64,000 nt of DNA from an uncultured Bacteroidales bacterium (GCA_963743775.1 CAVURA010000018.1:142518-206517); one strand, 5' to 3'; shown: positions 28,348-38,831, counted from the first letter of the stretch. Numbers and translations are program-made. Notes: generated by a model not told the origin, from the sequence alone.

Positions 28348-29478
28348 TCAGTAGGAATGATCCTCTCCGGCCATCTCCTCCCTGGTGATCATCTTCCGGT
28401 TCATTGATCTCCATGCATACCATATATATGCTGCTACGAACGGAATACTAAATGACACATACATCATCGTTTTAAGCGTAAACATGCTGGACGAGGCTTT
28501 AGCCAGTGTCAGCGAACTCTGCAGATCGGATGAAGAAGGATAGAATGCCGTGTTACCATAACCGGCCATGAAAAAGAGAGCCATCACAACGGCAACAGTA
28601 CCCGGACCTGCGAACCATATCGCTTTGCGCGAGTGCCGTATTATTCCAAGCCAGAGTGAGACAAGCACAAGCACCACTCCTCCGGCAAAAAAGATGAGTG
28701 TGAATATGTTTGACAGCAGATTATGCAGGTAGAGGTATTTCACCATCGTGATCTCGCCTGTCGAGCTGTCTGCCATGAAGCCTTTTGCAAAGAGCAGGCA
28801 GCCGGTGAATGCCAGGAAAAAGACAAGGAACGGGATTGCATTTCTGACCAGCGCCTTGTTGATGGCAGCATTCATATCACCGTCGTCGATTGTGTCGGAG
28901 AGATACATCAGTCCCAGAACTCTTGCCAGAAAGATAACCGTAAGGCCAAGGAGCAGGTTCACCGGGTTAACCAGGGCTTCAAGGCCGTGCCATCCTGAGC
29001 CCCACGTGACCCTGTTAAAGAGATCAAGTGAAAAATCGGAACCTGTAAAGAAGGTTGCGACAGCCACGCCAATCAGGAAAGGGCCAAGGCATCCGTTGAT
29101 CAAAAGAAATGTGTCGAATACGCCGGTGCCGAAGACGTTGGATGGTTTTGAACGGTATTCGTATGCTACGGCCTGTATGATGAAACTGAACAGGATTGCC
29201 ATCCACACCCAGTATGCACCGCCGAAGCTGGTTGCATAAAAGAGAGGGAAGGAAGCAAAAAATGCTCCTCCGAAAGTGACGAGAGTGGTGAAGGTGAACT
29301 CCCATTTGCGGCCCAGTGCGTTGACCATCATCTTGCGTTGCATGTCGTTGCGCGGCAGGGAGAAGATAAACGACTGTCCTCCCTGAACAAACATCAGGAA
29401 AACGAGAAGGCCGGCAAGAAGTGATATTATCAGCCACCAGTAATTTTGCAGGAATGCGTGTGAGATCATCAATGTCAT
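28348..29478 (-). CDS. cydB: cytochrome bd ubiquinol/menaquinol oxidase subunit II
   Basis: 376-aa polytopic ORF directly downstream of cydA, with a typical CydB N-terminus (LQNYWWLIISLL). Confidence 0.9.
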   Translation of the reverse strand: MTLMISHAFLQNYWWLIISLLAGLLVFLMFVQGGQSFIFSLPRNDMQRKMMVNALGRKWEFTFTTLVTFGGAFFASFPLFYATSFGGAYWVWMAILFSFIIQAVAYEYRSKPSNVFGTGVFDTFLLINGCLGPFLIGVAVATFFTGSDFSLDLFNRVTWGSGWHGLEALVNPVNLLLGLTVIFLARVLGLMYLSDTIDDGDMNAAINKALVRNAIPFLVFFLAFTGCLLFAKGFMADSSTGEITMVKYLYLHNLLSNIFTLIFFAGGVVLVLVSLWLGIIRHSRKAIWFAGPGTVAVVMALFFMAGYGNTAFYPSSSDLQSSLTLAKASSSMFTLKTMMYVSFSIPFVAAYIWYAWRSMNRKMITREEMAGEDHSY

Positions 29479-29490
29479 GACAGTGTCCTC

Positions 29491-31047
29491 CTAATGTTTT
29501 GGTCCGTTTTTGATCTGCCTGACCATTATTGAAACCTCCGCAATGAGCAGGGCGGTGAAGAGAACGGCGAAGAGGCAGAAAGTGGTCTGCACCGCCCCGG
29601 TACTTATGTTCGAGACAGCCACGCTGACCGGCATGAGGTCCTGTATTATCCATGGCTGCCGGCCCATCTCGCAAACTATCCATCCCAGTTCGCTTGCGAG
29701 GTACGCCAGCGGTATGGAGAAGAGGGAGAGCCACAGAAACCAGCGGTTGCGCTCAAGCGTCCCCCGCCTGTGAAAGCCGATTGCCAGAATGAAAAGCAGG
29801 ATGAAGAAAAATCCCAATCCGACCATAAGACGGAAACTGTAGAAGGTTACAGGCACCGACGGGATCACTTGCCAGGGATGATCAAAATAGCTGTAGCCAA
29901 AATACCTGAAGTAGTTGTCGATAAAGTCCTGCTCCCTGAACCTGGCGCCGAGGGCAGCTGTTGAAGCCTCATCCCCTATCTCCTTGGCCATCTTGTAATC
30001 AATGAGCACCTGCCGGGCATACCTGCCACGTTCCATCATGTCGCTCACCGGAAGTATTCCTTTTTCAGGGTTGCCGTTGACCAGATCTTTCAGGCCGGGA
30101 ACATAACCGTCTTCCATGCCTGTTGTCATTATAGAAAGAAGCTTGGGTAATGCAATCTTCATTTTGATATCATGAACTGTCTTCTCTCCCATTCTTTCTC
30201 CGGTATCAGTAAGAGCGCCTATCACTGTCAGGCCTGCCCCGCTCTTGCCTTCATAAAGTGCTTCCATGGACGCAAACTTGACCGGCTGCACCTTAGAGAT
30301 GGTGCGGGCGGAGCTGTCTCCTGTCATCGCCACCAGCAATGCAGAGACAAGCCCGAAAATACCTGAAATAAGGATACTCTTCCTTGCCATTACCTCGTCC
30401 CTGTGCCGCAGGAGAAACCATGAGCTAATGCCCACGACAAAGACCGAACCAAGCACAAAGCCTGATGTCACCGTATGGGTGAATTTATTGATGGCAACCG
30501 GGTTCAGCAGGACATCGCGGAAGCTGCTCATCTCATTACGGGCGGTATCCGGATTGAATACCATTCCCACCGGATTTTCCATCCATGAGTTGGCAACAAG
30601 GATCCACATCGCCGAGAGGCTTGCTCCCACGGCCACAAGCCAGGTGGAGGCGAGGTGAAATTTCTTTCCTACCTTGTTCCATCCGAAGAACATCACTGCA
30701 ACAAATGTCGATTCCAAAAAGAAAGCCAATATACCCTCTATTGCAAGGGGTGCTCCGAAGATGTCACCAACGAACCATGAATAGTTTGACCAGTTGGTGC
30801 CGAATTCAAATTCGAGAATTATTCCGGTGGCCACTCCTATTGCGAAGTTGATGCCAAAAAGCGTCATCCAGAACTTCGTTATTTTCTTCCATATCTCATC
30901 TCCCGTGCGCACGTAGATTGTTTCCATGAACGCAAGTATAAATGAGAGGCCAATGGTCAGGGGTACAAAGAGCCAGTGGTAAATAGCTGTCAGGGCGAAT
31001 TGCGCTCTTGACCAGTTTACAAGTGAGAGATCAATATTTTCAATCAT
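29491..31047 (-). CDS. cydA: cytochrome bd oxidase subunit I
   Basis: Contains SRAQFALTAIYHWLFVPLT, a Q-loop and GWIVCEMGRQPW. Confidence 0.95.
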   Translation of the reverse strand: MIENIDLSLVNWSRAQFALTAIYHWLFVPLTIGLSFILAFMETIYVRTGDEIWKKITKFWMTLFGINFAIGVATGIILEFEFGTNWSNYSWFVGDIFGAPLAIEGILAFFLESTFVAVMFFGWNKVGKKFHLASTWLVAVGASLSAMWILVANSWMENPVGMVFNPDTARNEMSSFRDVLLNPVAINKFTHTVTSGFVLGSVFVVGISSWFLLRHRDEVMARKSILISGIFGLVSALLVAMTGDSSARTISKVQPVKFASMEALYEGKSGAGLTVIGALTDTGERMGEKTVHDIKMKIALPKLLSIMTTGMEDGYVPGLKDLVNGNPEKGILPVSDMMERGRYARQVLIDYKMAKEIGDEASTAALGARFREQDFIDNYFRYFGYSYFDHPWQVIPSVPVTFYSFRLMVGLGFFFILLFILAIGFHRRGTLERNRWFLWLSLFSIPLAYLASELGWIVCEMGRQPWIIQDLMPVSVAVSNISTGAVQTTFCLFAVLFTALLIAEVSIMVRQIKNGPKH

Positions 31048-31051
31048 ATGG

Positions 31052-31279
31052 TCACTTATTGCCGGTTAATTGTTCAATCACATAATCACTCCGCTCACTG
31101 TCTGATCCGAAATTACTCTTCAGAAAATCAGGAAAGAAAAAAAGCCTGAGTAAAAGGAAGATAATGCAGAGCTTGATAATAATAATAAGCCAGACCTTTT
31201 TGCCCCACCACGACAATGTCCGGAAGCCTTCATAATAAAAAAGGAATAAATTTCTGAGGGCGCAGGCCATTCTGGTCAT
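31052..31279 (-). CDS. DUF4492 small membrane protein (cydAB-associated)
   Basis: 75-aa ORF with one TM segment, 4 nt upstream of cydA. It has the usual Bacteroidota position and sequence style (FYYEGFR.LSWWGKK.W). Confidence 0.7.
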   Translation of the reverse strand: MTRMACALRNLFLFYYEGFRTLSWWGKKVWLIIIIKLCIIFLLLRLFFFPDFLKSNFGSDSERSDYVIEQLTGNK

Positions 31280-32406
31280 TTCACAGTTTCATCAAGGTCT
31301 TTGCCGAACCCGGATGTAATTTTCCGGACAGGCCCGAAATTATTAAAGAACTCCCTGGCGAAAACACGCAAAGCCGTATAAGCCGGTACTGCCACAATCA
31401 TTCCGGGAATACCTGCGAAGCTGCCAATCGCCATGATGACAATGAATATTTCAATTGGATGGGCATTGACGCTGCGGGAATAAATCATTGGAGCAAAAAC
31501 GTTATTATCAAGTATTTGAGTACAGGCAATGACGATGACCATATAAATGATCAGCAGCCAGATGGCCGGGAATCCCCCGACAGTGATAGCTGTGGCAACG
31601 CCCATCAGAACTGCAATACCTCCTCCCAGCCACGGGCCAAGGTAAGGTATCACATTGAAAATGCCGATCAGCAATCCCATCACAAGTGCCTGGTGGAATG
31701 GAAAGCCCACGATAGTCATACCGATAGTGATGATTATCAGAACTATTGAACTTTCAATTATGATGCCGATAAAATACCTGATCAGGAGTTGTTTTATCGA
31801 GTGCAGCACGTTTCTGATTCTCTCTTCATACTGGGTAGGGACCATCACCATCACAGTCTCCTTGAACAGCCCTTCATCCTTCAGGAAGAAGAATGAAAGG
31901 AATGTGACGGCAACGAATGCAACTACTACCTTGCCCACTATGCCTACTAAATTTCCGGCCAGATTCGTAATGGATGCCGGTTTAAGTATCTCGGTGATTT
32001 TTTCGACTGCTATATCATACAGTGTACTGTCGACAGGCATGTTCTTATAAACTCTCCTGACAAGGTGGTCAAGTTTTTCAAGCTGTTCCTGGAGGCCACG
32101 TACTATTTCACCTGCATCAAAGCCCGATAATGCATCTATCTGTTTAGATACCAACGGGATAAAAATCACAAAAAAGAGTGCCAGCAAACCGTAGAGAAGC
32201 AGCAGTGTCAAAAGTGAACTCAATGCCCTCGGAAATCTCATCTTCCGCAGGTGAATGCTGTTCAGCAGGTCAACAATAGGCCTTCCTATAAGGGATATGA
32301 CTCCTGCAATAATTATATATGCAATGATACTCCTGAAATACCAGGTAAGGTAAGCCGCCAGTGCTATGCCGATGACAATCAGAAAATTACGCAGAGTGGC
32401 ATTCAT
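31276..32406 (-). CDS. AI-2E/PerM (UPF0118) family transporter
   Basis: Trimmed to the ATG at 32406 (MNATLRNFLIV...). It has eight TM segments and the motif NVIPYLGPWLG. Its stop overlaps the DUF4492 start by 4 nt. Confidence 0.85.
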   Translation of the reverse strand: MNATLRNFLIVIGIALAAYLTWYFRSIIAYIIIAGVISLIGRPIVDLLNSIHLRKMRFPRALSSLLTLLLLYGLLALFFVIFIPLVSKQIDALSGFDAGEIVRGLQEQLEKLDHLVRRVYKNMPVDSTLYDIAVEKITEILKPASITNLAGNLVGIVGKVVVAFVAVTFLSFFFLKDEGLFKETVMVMVPTQYEERIRNVLHSIKQLLIRYFIGIIIESSIVLIIITIGMTIVGFPFHQALVMGLLIGIFNVIPYLGPWLGGGIAVLMGVATAITVGGFPAIWLLIIYMVIVIACTQILDNNVFAPMIYSRSVNAHPIEIFIVIMAIGSFAGIPGMIVAVPAYTALRVFAREFFNNFGPVRKITSGFGKDLDETVK

Positions 32407-32639
32407 TGTGTAACTGGATAAGGTCTGCAACCCATGTCCTGACAGGGTGCTGTTAAAACTCTTCTCATCAAATTTAAAAAGAATTCCCGTTATTGCAACC
32501 CGAATATTCAAATGTCATTATGTCATGTCAAAACTTAGAGTTCATGCCATATTGGCATATATATTCCAATGGCACACTGATTGAAATATATCCCGTGAAA
32601 ATGTTATTAATGTCTAACAATTATAAAAAGGAGGTCGTT

Positions 32640-33068
32640 ATGTTACCAATGATCACAAGAAGAGGCTACAAGCCGCTTACGCTTTCAGATTTCTTCAATG
32701 AAGATTTCTTTCCCACAATGAACAGGAATACGAGCAGTCTTCCGTCAGTCAACATCAGGGAAGATGAAAAGGCATTTTATCTTGAGCTTGCCGTCCCGGG
32801 CATGGATAAGAAAGATCTTCGTATTGAGGTAAAGGATGATGTTCTTACAATCTCGTCCGAGCACAAGGAGGAGAATGACCAGGATCTTGACGGGTACAGG
32901 CGCAGGGAATTCAGTTACAGCTCATTCTGCCGAAGTTTTTACCTGCCTGAGGATGTAAACGGTGAGAAGATCGGCGCTTCATACAAGGATGGCATCCTGA
33001 ATGTTGAAATACCGAAGCTGGAGGAAGAGAAGAAAAAGGAAAAAATCCGCTCGGTCTCGATTTCGTAA
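32640..33068 (+). CDS. Hsp20/alpha-crystallin small heat-shock protein
   Basis: Trimmed to the ATG at 32640, which is preceded by aaaaggagg. The alpha-crystallin domain reads AFYLELAVPGMDKKDLRIEV...GILNVEIPK. Confidence 0.9.
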   Translation: MLPMITRRGYKPLTLSDFFNEDFFPTMNRNTSSLPSVNIREDEKAFYLELAVPGMDKKDLRIEVKDDVLTISSEHKEENDQDLDGYRRREFSYSSFCRSFYLPEDVNGEKIGASYKDGILNVEIPKLEEEKKKEKIRSVSIS

Positions 33069-33112
33069 TACGGGGGTTATAAAACCGTAAATACGGTTGG
33101 CATTTACATCGC

Positions 33113-33137
33113 AGAGACGCCTAAATTGGGCGTCTCT
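33113..33137 (+). terminator. stem-loop after hsp20 (candidate terminator)
   Basis: Perfect 9-bp stem agagacgcc/ggcgtctct with a 7-nt loop. The downstream T-tract is weak (acatgtttatata). Confidence 0.4.
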
Positions 33138-33161
33138 ACATGTTTATATACCTACGTTATT

Positions 33162-34388
33162 CTACGATTCCTGGTTCGGCTTCACAAGTTCGCGTGCAAA
33201 CCGCTCACCGTATTCGATCAGGGTCTTCTCCTTATCGCTCTCAGGCATAAACTTCAATGCTGCCGGCTCCTCAAAAAAACGAAGTTTCAGGTTTTTCATC
33301 ATCCCGGCTATCAGCGTGGGCGCCTCGCCACTCCATCCGTATGATCCGAATGAGCCCGCCAGCTTACCCCTGTCGCGCAGGGGACTGATCATTGCAGCGA
33401 GTTTATAAACAGGTAAAAGGGTATTCTGATTGATTGTAGGCGAGCCCACGATGATCCCATCGGCAATGGTCAGCTTTGAGTCCATTTCGCCTGATTGTGC
33501 ATTCTCAATATCCATCACCTCCACGGTGACATTATTCACTGTGCGGGCCCCGCGGGCTATCAATTCAGCCATCTTAGCAGTGTAACCGTATGCCGACACA
33601 TAGGTTATCAGCAGCCTCTTTCCCTCTGAAGCTGAGATAAGCTTTAGATAATCACCTGCCAGCTGTTCAGTTGTATCAACAATGGTCTTCCAGTTTTTTC
33701 TCAGTACCGGACCGTGACCGGTAGCTATCATGGAAATGTCAAGGGGCCTTATCTTTTCAATGGCCCTGATCATGAATTTGCTGTAAGGCTTCAGAATGAC
33801 ATCAAAATAATACCTGAAATATTTTTCATAATCGCCCGACAGATCGTCAAATATCTCCTCACTGCAATAATGTGCACCGAACGCATCGCATGTGAACAGT
33901 ATCCTGTCCTCCTCGAGCCAGGTGAAGATGGTGTCTGGCCAGTGAAGGTTGGGGGCTGCAATGAACCTCAGTGTTTTGTTGCCGAGATCAAGGGTGTCAC
34001 CATCCTTAACCACAAGTGATCTGAAGGGCCTGTTGATGATGTCAGCCAGGTATCTGACAGCGTTGCCGCTGCCTACCACGACTGCCTGCGGTGCAATTTC
34101 AAGAAGCTGCCTCAATGATCCTGAATGGTCGGGCTCTGTGTGATCAAGGACAATATAGGATATCTCTGCCGGGTCAGTAACTTTTTTCAGCTTGCTGATA
34201 TATGTCTGGCTGAACTTTTCCTTGGCCGTCTCAACCACAGTCTTTTTGTCTGCATTTATAAAATATGAGTTATAGGTGGAGCCGCGCTCGGTATGCATCA
34301 CAATATCGAAAACCGTGATGTCGGGATCAAGTATCCCTATCCATTTCACGTCCGGAGTAAGATCCAGTATTTTGTTATCTTCTTTCAT
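33162..34388 (-). CDS. FprA-family flavodiiron protein (O2/NO reductase)
   Basis: Metallo-beta-lactamase-like domain with the di-iron motif LDHTEPDHSG, plus a C-terminal flavodoxin domain (ITYVSAYGYT). Confidence 0.9.
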   Translation of the reverse strand: MKEDNKILDLTPDVKWIGILDPDITVFDIVMHTERGSTYNSYFINADKKTVVETAKEKFSQTYISKLKKVTDPAEISYIVLDHTEPDHSGSLRQLLEIAPQAVVVGSGNAVRYLADIINRPFRSLVVKDGDTLDLGNKTLRFIAAPNLHWPDTIFTWLEEDRILFTCDAFGAHYCSEEIFDDLSGDYEKYFRYYFDVILKPYSKFMIRAIEKIRPLDISMIATGHGPVLRKNWKTIVDTTEQLAGDYLKLISASEGKRLLITYVSAYGYTAKMAELIARGARTVNNVTVEVMDIENAQSGEMDSKLTIADGIIVGSPTINQNTLLPVYKLAAMISPLRDRGKLAGSFGSYGWSGEAPTLIAGMMKNLKLRFFEEPAALKFMPESDKEKTLIEYGERFARELVKPNQES

Positions 34389-34397
34389 GAGTGTTGA

Positions 34398-35073
34398 TTA
34401 AAGAACTTTTGCTATTATGGTCCTGCTGGCCCTTACCTGTTCAAACATCTGCACATCGATCTCAGTGCTTTCAGGAAGGAAGATGTCAACACGTGAACCG
34501 AACTTGATGAAACCCAGCTCATCGCCCTGACGTACACTTTCTCCCTTTTTCGAGTAAGTGACAATGCGGCGGGCCACCGCACCTGCCACCTGCCTGATAA
34601 GAATTTCAGTGCCGTTTTCTGATTTAACAACTACACTGCTCCTTTCGTTCAACTCTGACGATTTCGGACTGCGGGCATGATACTTCTTGCCGGCCTGATA
34701 ATTGGTATAAGAGACCGTACCGGTGATCGGATACCTGTTGCTGTGCATATTAAAAGGTGACATGAATATTGAGATCTGCAGCCTGTTATCCTTGAAATAC
34801 TCCTTTTCAAACGTATCCTCTATCACAACTATCTTTCCGTCAGCGGGTGCGTAGATCAGCAAAGGATCCGGATCAAGCTTCCGCGCCGGGGTTCTGAAAA
34901 ACAAGACTATAAAGGAGAAAAAAACCAGGGATGCGGCCAGGAGCAGATAATGAAGAATGCGCAGTTCCCGGCCAGATGGTCAGTGCTAAAGCATTGATCA
35001 GGACAAGCATAATGAATACAGCAACTATTATCTTGTATCCTTCCCGGTGTATTTTCAGTCTTTTTACTGCCAT
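34398..35073 (-). pseudogene. psd: phosphatidylserine decarboxylase, apparently frameshifted near 34960-34985
   Basis: The ATG ORF 34873..35073 encodes TM1 (HREGYKIIVAVFIMLVLINALAL). Another frame, open from 34979, encodes TM2 plus the body (RILHYLLLAASLVFFSFIVLFFRTPARKL...YAPADGKIVVIE...GFIKFGSRVD). No single frame covers both parts. Confidence 0.8.
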
Positions 35074-35074
35074 T

Positions 35075-35917
35075 TTACCCTGAAATCGCTATATAAAGAT
35101 ATACCAGCGGAAATGAAATGACAACACTGTCAAACCTGTCTAGGAAGCCGCCGTGACCGGGCAGGATTGTACCCAAATCTTTAAGTTCAAGACTTCGCTT
35201 CAGCATTGATTCAAGCAGGTCACCAGCTGTTCCGGCTATGGAGATTATCACTGCAATGATCATCCATCCTGTGGTGTCAGCCACGCCAAGCCATCCGCCG
35301 ATCAGGCGTGCCACCAGAAGCGTTAACAACAACCCCCCGAGAAAGCCTTCCCAGCTCTTCTTCGGTGACAGGCGCTCAAAGAGACGGTGCTTTCCTATGG
35401 CTGACCCCACCAGGTAAGCGCCGCTATCGTTTGCCCACAGCAGTATGAAAAAACCCACAGGAATTCCCGGCGAATATACGACCTCGTTCATCCGGATCAG
35501 CGGTTCGAGACCGGTATGGCCGAAAGCAGCGAAGGGCAGCAGTGATAATGGGGCCGCAGTATATAAGATTGAAAAGAAAGTATGGGCAAGTGAATCAAAC
35601 GGTCTCTCAACCTTCCTGAAAAGCTCTGCCACCAGTACAACGGTTACCACCGGAATAAGTAACAGGAAGCTTTTGTCCGGAAGCCATCCGGCTGCCACCG
35701 TGGTTGAAATAAGGTAAATTACGAAACCGGCTATTATTCCCATGATTGTCTGTGGTCTGATCCCCGTACCCCTGACCATCATGTAATATTCATGCTGCGT
35801 TCCGGCTATCATCACTGCAACGACAATGAAGAAGGTCACAGGATGGAGCCACATTCCTCCAAGAACGCATATCACAAGGATGGCACCGGTAATGGTACGT
35901 CTGATAAAGTTGGTCAC
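35075..35917 (-). CDS. cdsA: phosphatidate cytidylyltransferase
   Basis: Signature SMLKRSLELKDLGTILPGHGGFLDRFDS. Confidence 0.9.
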   Translation of the reverse strand: MTNFIRRTITGAILVICVLGGMWLHPVTFFIVVAVMIAGTQHEYYMMVRGTGIRPQTIMGIIAGFVIYLISTTVAAGWLPDKSFLLLIPVVTVVLVAELFRKVERPFDSLAHTFFSILYTAAPLSLLPFAAFGHTGLEPLIRMNEVVYSPGIPVGFFILLWANDSGAYLVGSAIGKHRLFERLSPKKSWEGFLGGLLLTLLVARLIGGWLGVADTTGWMIIAVIISIAGTAGDLLESMLKRSLELKDLGTILPGHGGFLDRFDSVVISFPLVYLYIAISG

Positions 35918-35918
35918 C

Positions 35919-36119
35919 TCACAGATCTTTGATTATTTCCATGGCTGGAATCACATTGTCACGGTGAACATACAATTCAATATCGCCGAATTTGTAGTTC
36001 CAGTCGCGCTTGTCCACCGCCACCGCTTCAATACTGTTATTGTGGAGCTGGTCGATAGCGATCTGACATTTTACGTCATCACCGAATCTGGCTACGACCA
36101 CCCATTCATCTTCCATCAC
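35919..36119 (-). CDS. small DUF2007-like protein
   Basis: 66-aa ORF whose start overlaps the ftsH stop (ATGA). The pattern (VVVARF.....A.I....L....IEAV..D............ELYV......A.EII) resembles the DUF2007 fold. Confidence 0.5.
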   Translation of the reverse strand: MMEDEWVVVARFGDDVKCQIAIDQLHNNSIEAVAVDKRDWNYKFGDIELYVHRDNVIPAMEIIKDL

Positions 36120-38272
36120 TCGGTCTTTAAGGGCGCTTCAGGTATTGCCGGTTCTTCAGGCTTGTCGGCCTCTTCAGATCTTGCAGGTTCAGCAACCTTT
36201 GCAGTCTCTTCAGCCTTTGCGGGTTCAGCAAACTTTGCAGTCTCTTCAGCCTTCGCGGGTTCAGCAACCTTTGCAGTCTCTTCAGCCTTCGCGGGTTCAG
36301 CAAACTTTGCAGTATCCTCGGTCAGGCTTTTGGAAATGTCGCCTCTTCTCTTGCCGAAGATACGCTCCAGGTCCTCACTGAAGATGACTTCCTTTTCAAG
36401 CAGCTGCTCGGCAAGTTTGGTGAGTCCGGCAATATTTGCAGAAATAACCTCTTTAGCCTTATTGTACGATACTTCCACAATCTTTTTTGCCTCGTGATCA
36501 ATAAGTTCGGCTGTTTTTTCGCTGTACGGCTTTGTAAAGCCATATTCTGACTGTCCTGATGAATCGTAGAAACTCACGTTACCAACCTCTTCCGACATAC
36601 CGAAATAGGCCACCATGGCATAAGCCTGTTTGGTTACCTTTTCCAGGTCGCTGAGGGCTCCTGTAGATATTTTTCCTATCACCAGTTCTTCTGCAGCCCT
36701 TCCTCCGAGAGCGTATGCAAGCTCATCAAGGATATGTTCCCGGGTGGAAATCGACCTCTCCTCCGGCAGATACCATGCTGCTCCGAGGGCTTTGCCCCTG
36801 GGTATGATGGTCACCTTAAGCAGGGGACTGGCATATTCAAGGAGCCAGCTTACAGTGGCATGTCCTGCCTCATGATAGGCAATCGTCCTCTTTTCTTCAA
36901 AAGAAACAATCTTGTTTTTTTTCTCCAGGCCGCCAATGATCCTGTCAATAGCATCAAGGAAGTCCTGCTTCTCAACCACATTTTTATTTCCTCTCGCTGC
37001 TATCAGTGCTGCTTCGTTACAGACATTAGCTATGTCAGCGCCGGAGAAACCGGGTGTGTTTTTGGCAAGGAAGGTTACATCAAACCCTTCCTCAAGTTTT
37101 ATAGGACGGAGGTGCACCTTGAAGATGGCTTCACGCTCCCTTATGTCAGGCAGCTCGACATTTATCTGACGGTCAAAGCGTCCTGCCCGGAGCAATGCCT
37201 TGTCCAGGATATCAGCCCTGTTTGTGGCGGCAAGTATGATGACACCGCTGTTGGTTCCGAAACCGTCCATCTCAGTCAGGAGCTGGTTAAGAGTGTTCTC
37301 ACGCTCGTCATTGGCTCCGAAGTTCGGGTTACGGCCACGGGCACGTCCCACTGCATCTATCTCATCAATGAAAACGATACAGGGAGCTTTCTCCTTTGCC
37401 TGTTTGAAGAGATCCCTGACTCGCGACGCGCCTACACCAACAAACATCTCAACAAAGTCTGATCCTGAAATGGAAAAGAAGGGCACATTGGCTTCGCCGG
37501 CGACAGCCTTGGCCAGCAGTGTCTTGCCAGTGCCGGGAGGGCCTACCAGCAACGCACCCTTGGGTATCTTGCCTCCCAGGCTGGTATATTTTTTCGGGTT
37601 CTTGAGAAAATCCACTATCTCCATCACCTCTGTCTTGGCCTCCTCGAGACCGGCTACATCGCTGAAATTAGTCTTGATGTGTGTGTCCTTGTCAAATATC
37701 TGCGCCTTCGATTTGCCAACGCTGAAGATGTTACCTGCACCCCCGCCGCCGGCACCTCCTGACATGCGTCTCATGAAGTAGATCCAGATCAGTGCTATAA
37801 GCAGAAACGGAAGGATGACACCAAGGAATGTCGACAGGTAATCTTTCCTGGTCTGGTATTCGGGATGTATCCACTCATCCTGGGTGTAGCCTGCTTTCTC
37901 CTGCATCGCGGAGAAAAACTCTTCAAACAGCTCAACAGTACCAAAACTGTGATAGTACTGCGGCCTCGGAGGTTGTATCCCGAAGCCTTTCTGCCTGGCA
38001 AAATCAGAATATTTTTCCTTCTTCAGGGCTTCAGGCTTTAGATAAATCTCAGCCTGCTCCTTGTTAACAACAACCACCTTTTCAATGTCATGACTGGTGA
38101 TCATGTCCTCTATTTCCCTCTGACTGGCTTTCTTTGTGTATTTGCCGTTAAAAAGCACCTGGATTGCTATAAAGGCCAGAAGAAGTATAAAAAAGAACCA
38201 GTTTGTATTAAACTTAGGCTTCAGCTTTTTATCATTCGTATTTGACTTCAATGGATCCTTGTTCTCTGCCAT
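36116..38272 (-). CDS. ftsH: ATP-dependent zinc metalloprotease FtsH with a repeat-containing acidic C-terminal tail
   Basis: Walker A GPPGTGKT, the SRH region and the zinc motif HEAGHA. The tail is built from [11 protein letters not shown](F/V) repeats. Confidence 0.95.
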   Translation of the reverse strand: MAENKDPLKSNTNDKKLKPKFNTNWFFFILLLAFIAIQVLFNGKYTKKASQREIEDMITSHDIEKVVVVNKEQAEIYLKPEALKKEKYSDFARQKGFGIQPPRPQYYHSFGTVELFEEFFSAMQEKAGYTQDEWIHPEYQTRKDYLSTFLGVILPFLLIALIWIYFMRRMSGGAGGGGAGNIFSVGKSKAQIFDKDTHIKTNFSDVAGLEEAKTEVMEIVDFLKNPKKYTSLGGKIPKGALLVGPPGTGKTLLAKAVAGEANVPFFSISGSDFVEMFVGVGASRVRDLFKQAKEKAPCIVFIDEIDAVGRARGRNPNFGANDERENTLNQLLTEMDGFGTNSGVIILAATNRADILDKALLRAGRFDRQINVELPDIREREAIFKVHLRPIKLEEGFDVTFLAKNTPGFSGADIANVCNEAALIAARGNKNVVEKQDFLDAIDRIIGGLEKKNKIVSFEEKRTIAYHEAGHATVSWLLEYASPLLKVTIIPRGKALGAAWYLPEERSISTREHILDELAYALGGRAAEELVIGKISTGALSDLEKVTKQAYAMVAYFGMSEEVGNVSFYDSSGQSEYGFTKPYSEKTAELIDHEAKKIVEVSYNKAKEVISANIAGLTKLAEQLLEKEVIFSEDLERIFGKRRGDISKSLTEDTAKFAEPAKAEETAKVAEPAKAEETAKFAEPAKAEETAKVAEPARSEEADKPEEPAIPEAPLKTE
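36183..36313. repeat. 36-bp tandem repeat (about 3.6 copies) inside the ftsH 3' end
   Basis: Units start at 36183, 36219, 36255 and 36291 (gc[ag]ggttcagcaa[ac]ctttgcagtctcttcagcctt[tc]). They are in frame, at 12 aa per unit. Confidence 0.95.
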
Positions 38273-38275
38273 ATA

Positions 38276-38665
38276 TTAAATACCTTTCTTTTCTTCTTTG
38301 TCCTCAAGCATTGTTAAGCGACCGTCAGCATACAGCGACTCGAGGTTATAAAATTCCCTGTAAGGCTGCTGGAAAATATGAACGAGTATGTCACCGTAAT
38401 CAAGCAATACCCAAATGCAGTTCTCCCTGCCCTCAATGTGAAAAGGTTTTTGCCCGGTCTCTTTCCTTACAATATCCTCGACTGACCATGCCAGTGAATC
38501 AACTTGTTTTGTCGATGCAGCGTGGGTGATCACGAAATAATCACAAATCCTGTTTTCAATTTTTCTCAGATCGATAAGGGCCACCTTCTCTCCCTTCTTT
38601 TCAAACAATCCTTTTACAATACTATCCGTTATCTGGGCGGCCTCTTTTTTGGGTTTTCTCATCAA
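38276..38665 (-). CDS. rsfS: ribosome silencing factor RsfS
   Basis: Contains CDYFVI..A.S..QV....SVED and WVLLDYGDILVHIF. It ends 3 nt upstream of ftsH. Confidence 0.85.
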   Translation of the reverse strand: MMRKPKKEAAQITDSIVKGLFEKKGEKVALIDLRKIENRICDYFVITHAASTKQVDSLAWSVEDIVRKETGQKPFHIEGRENCIWVLLDYGDILVHIFQQPYREFYNLESLYADGRLTMLEDKEEKKGI

Positions 38666-38831
38666 TAATATTTTCAGTTATAAACAGTTCCTTTTTGCTG
38701 GCGCAAAATTACGAACATTATCTGTAATTTCGTCCGGCCTCACTTCTTTTTACAATTACGATGCCATTTTGTTCAGCAAACCGGTCAGCTTCGGAATGAT
38801 TGAATAATAATATTTTAAATACCTGCCAGTC

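Noticed and set aside
29024-29734. 236-aa minus-strand ORF spanning the cydA/cydB junction
   Set aside because: It lies in an alternative frame of two strongly recognisable genes. Its product is Arg/Pro/Gly/His-rich low-complexity sequence with no motifs.
33097-33111. TGGCATTTACATCGC, which has the GG-N10-GC spacing of a sigma-54 -24/-12 promoter
   Set aside because: It lies in a convergent spacer with no downstream plus-strand gene, so it would read antisense into fprA. The -12 element is imperfect (TCGC versus TTGC). It is likely a chance match.
36183-36313. Regular 36-bp repeats considered as a possible CRISPR array
   Set aside because: The units are contiguous with no spacers, in frame within ftsH, and translate to a coherent peptide repeat.
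35826-36497. 223-aa plus-strand ORF with SSAFAGSA(N/T)FAV repeats
   Set aside because: It is antisense to cdsA, the small ORF and the ftsH tail. Its repeats are simply the complement of the ftsH 36-bp repeat.
36734-37462. 242-aa plus-strand ORF (and the neighbouring ORFs 37200..37781 and 36912..37169)
   Set aside because: All are antisense to the highly conserved ftsH AAA+/protease region and have no recognisable motifs.
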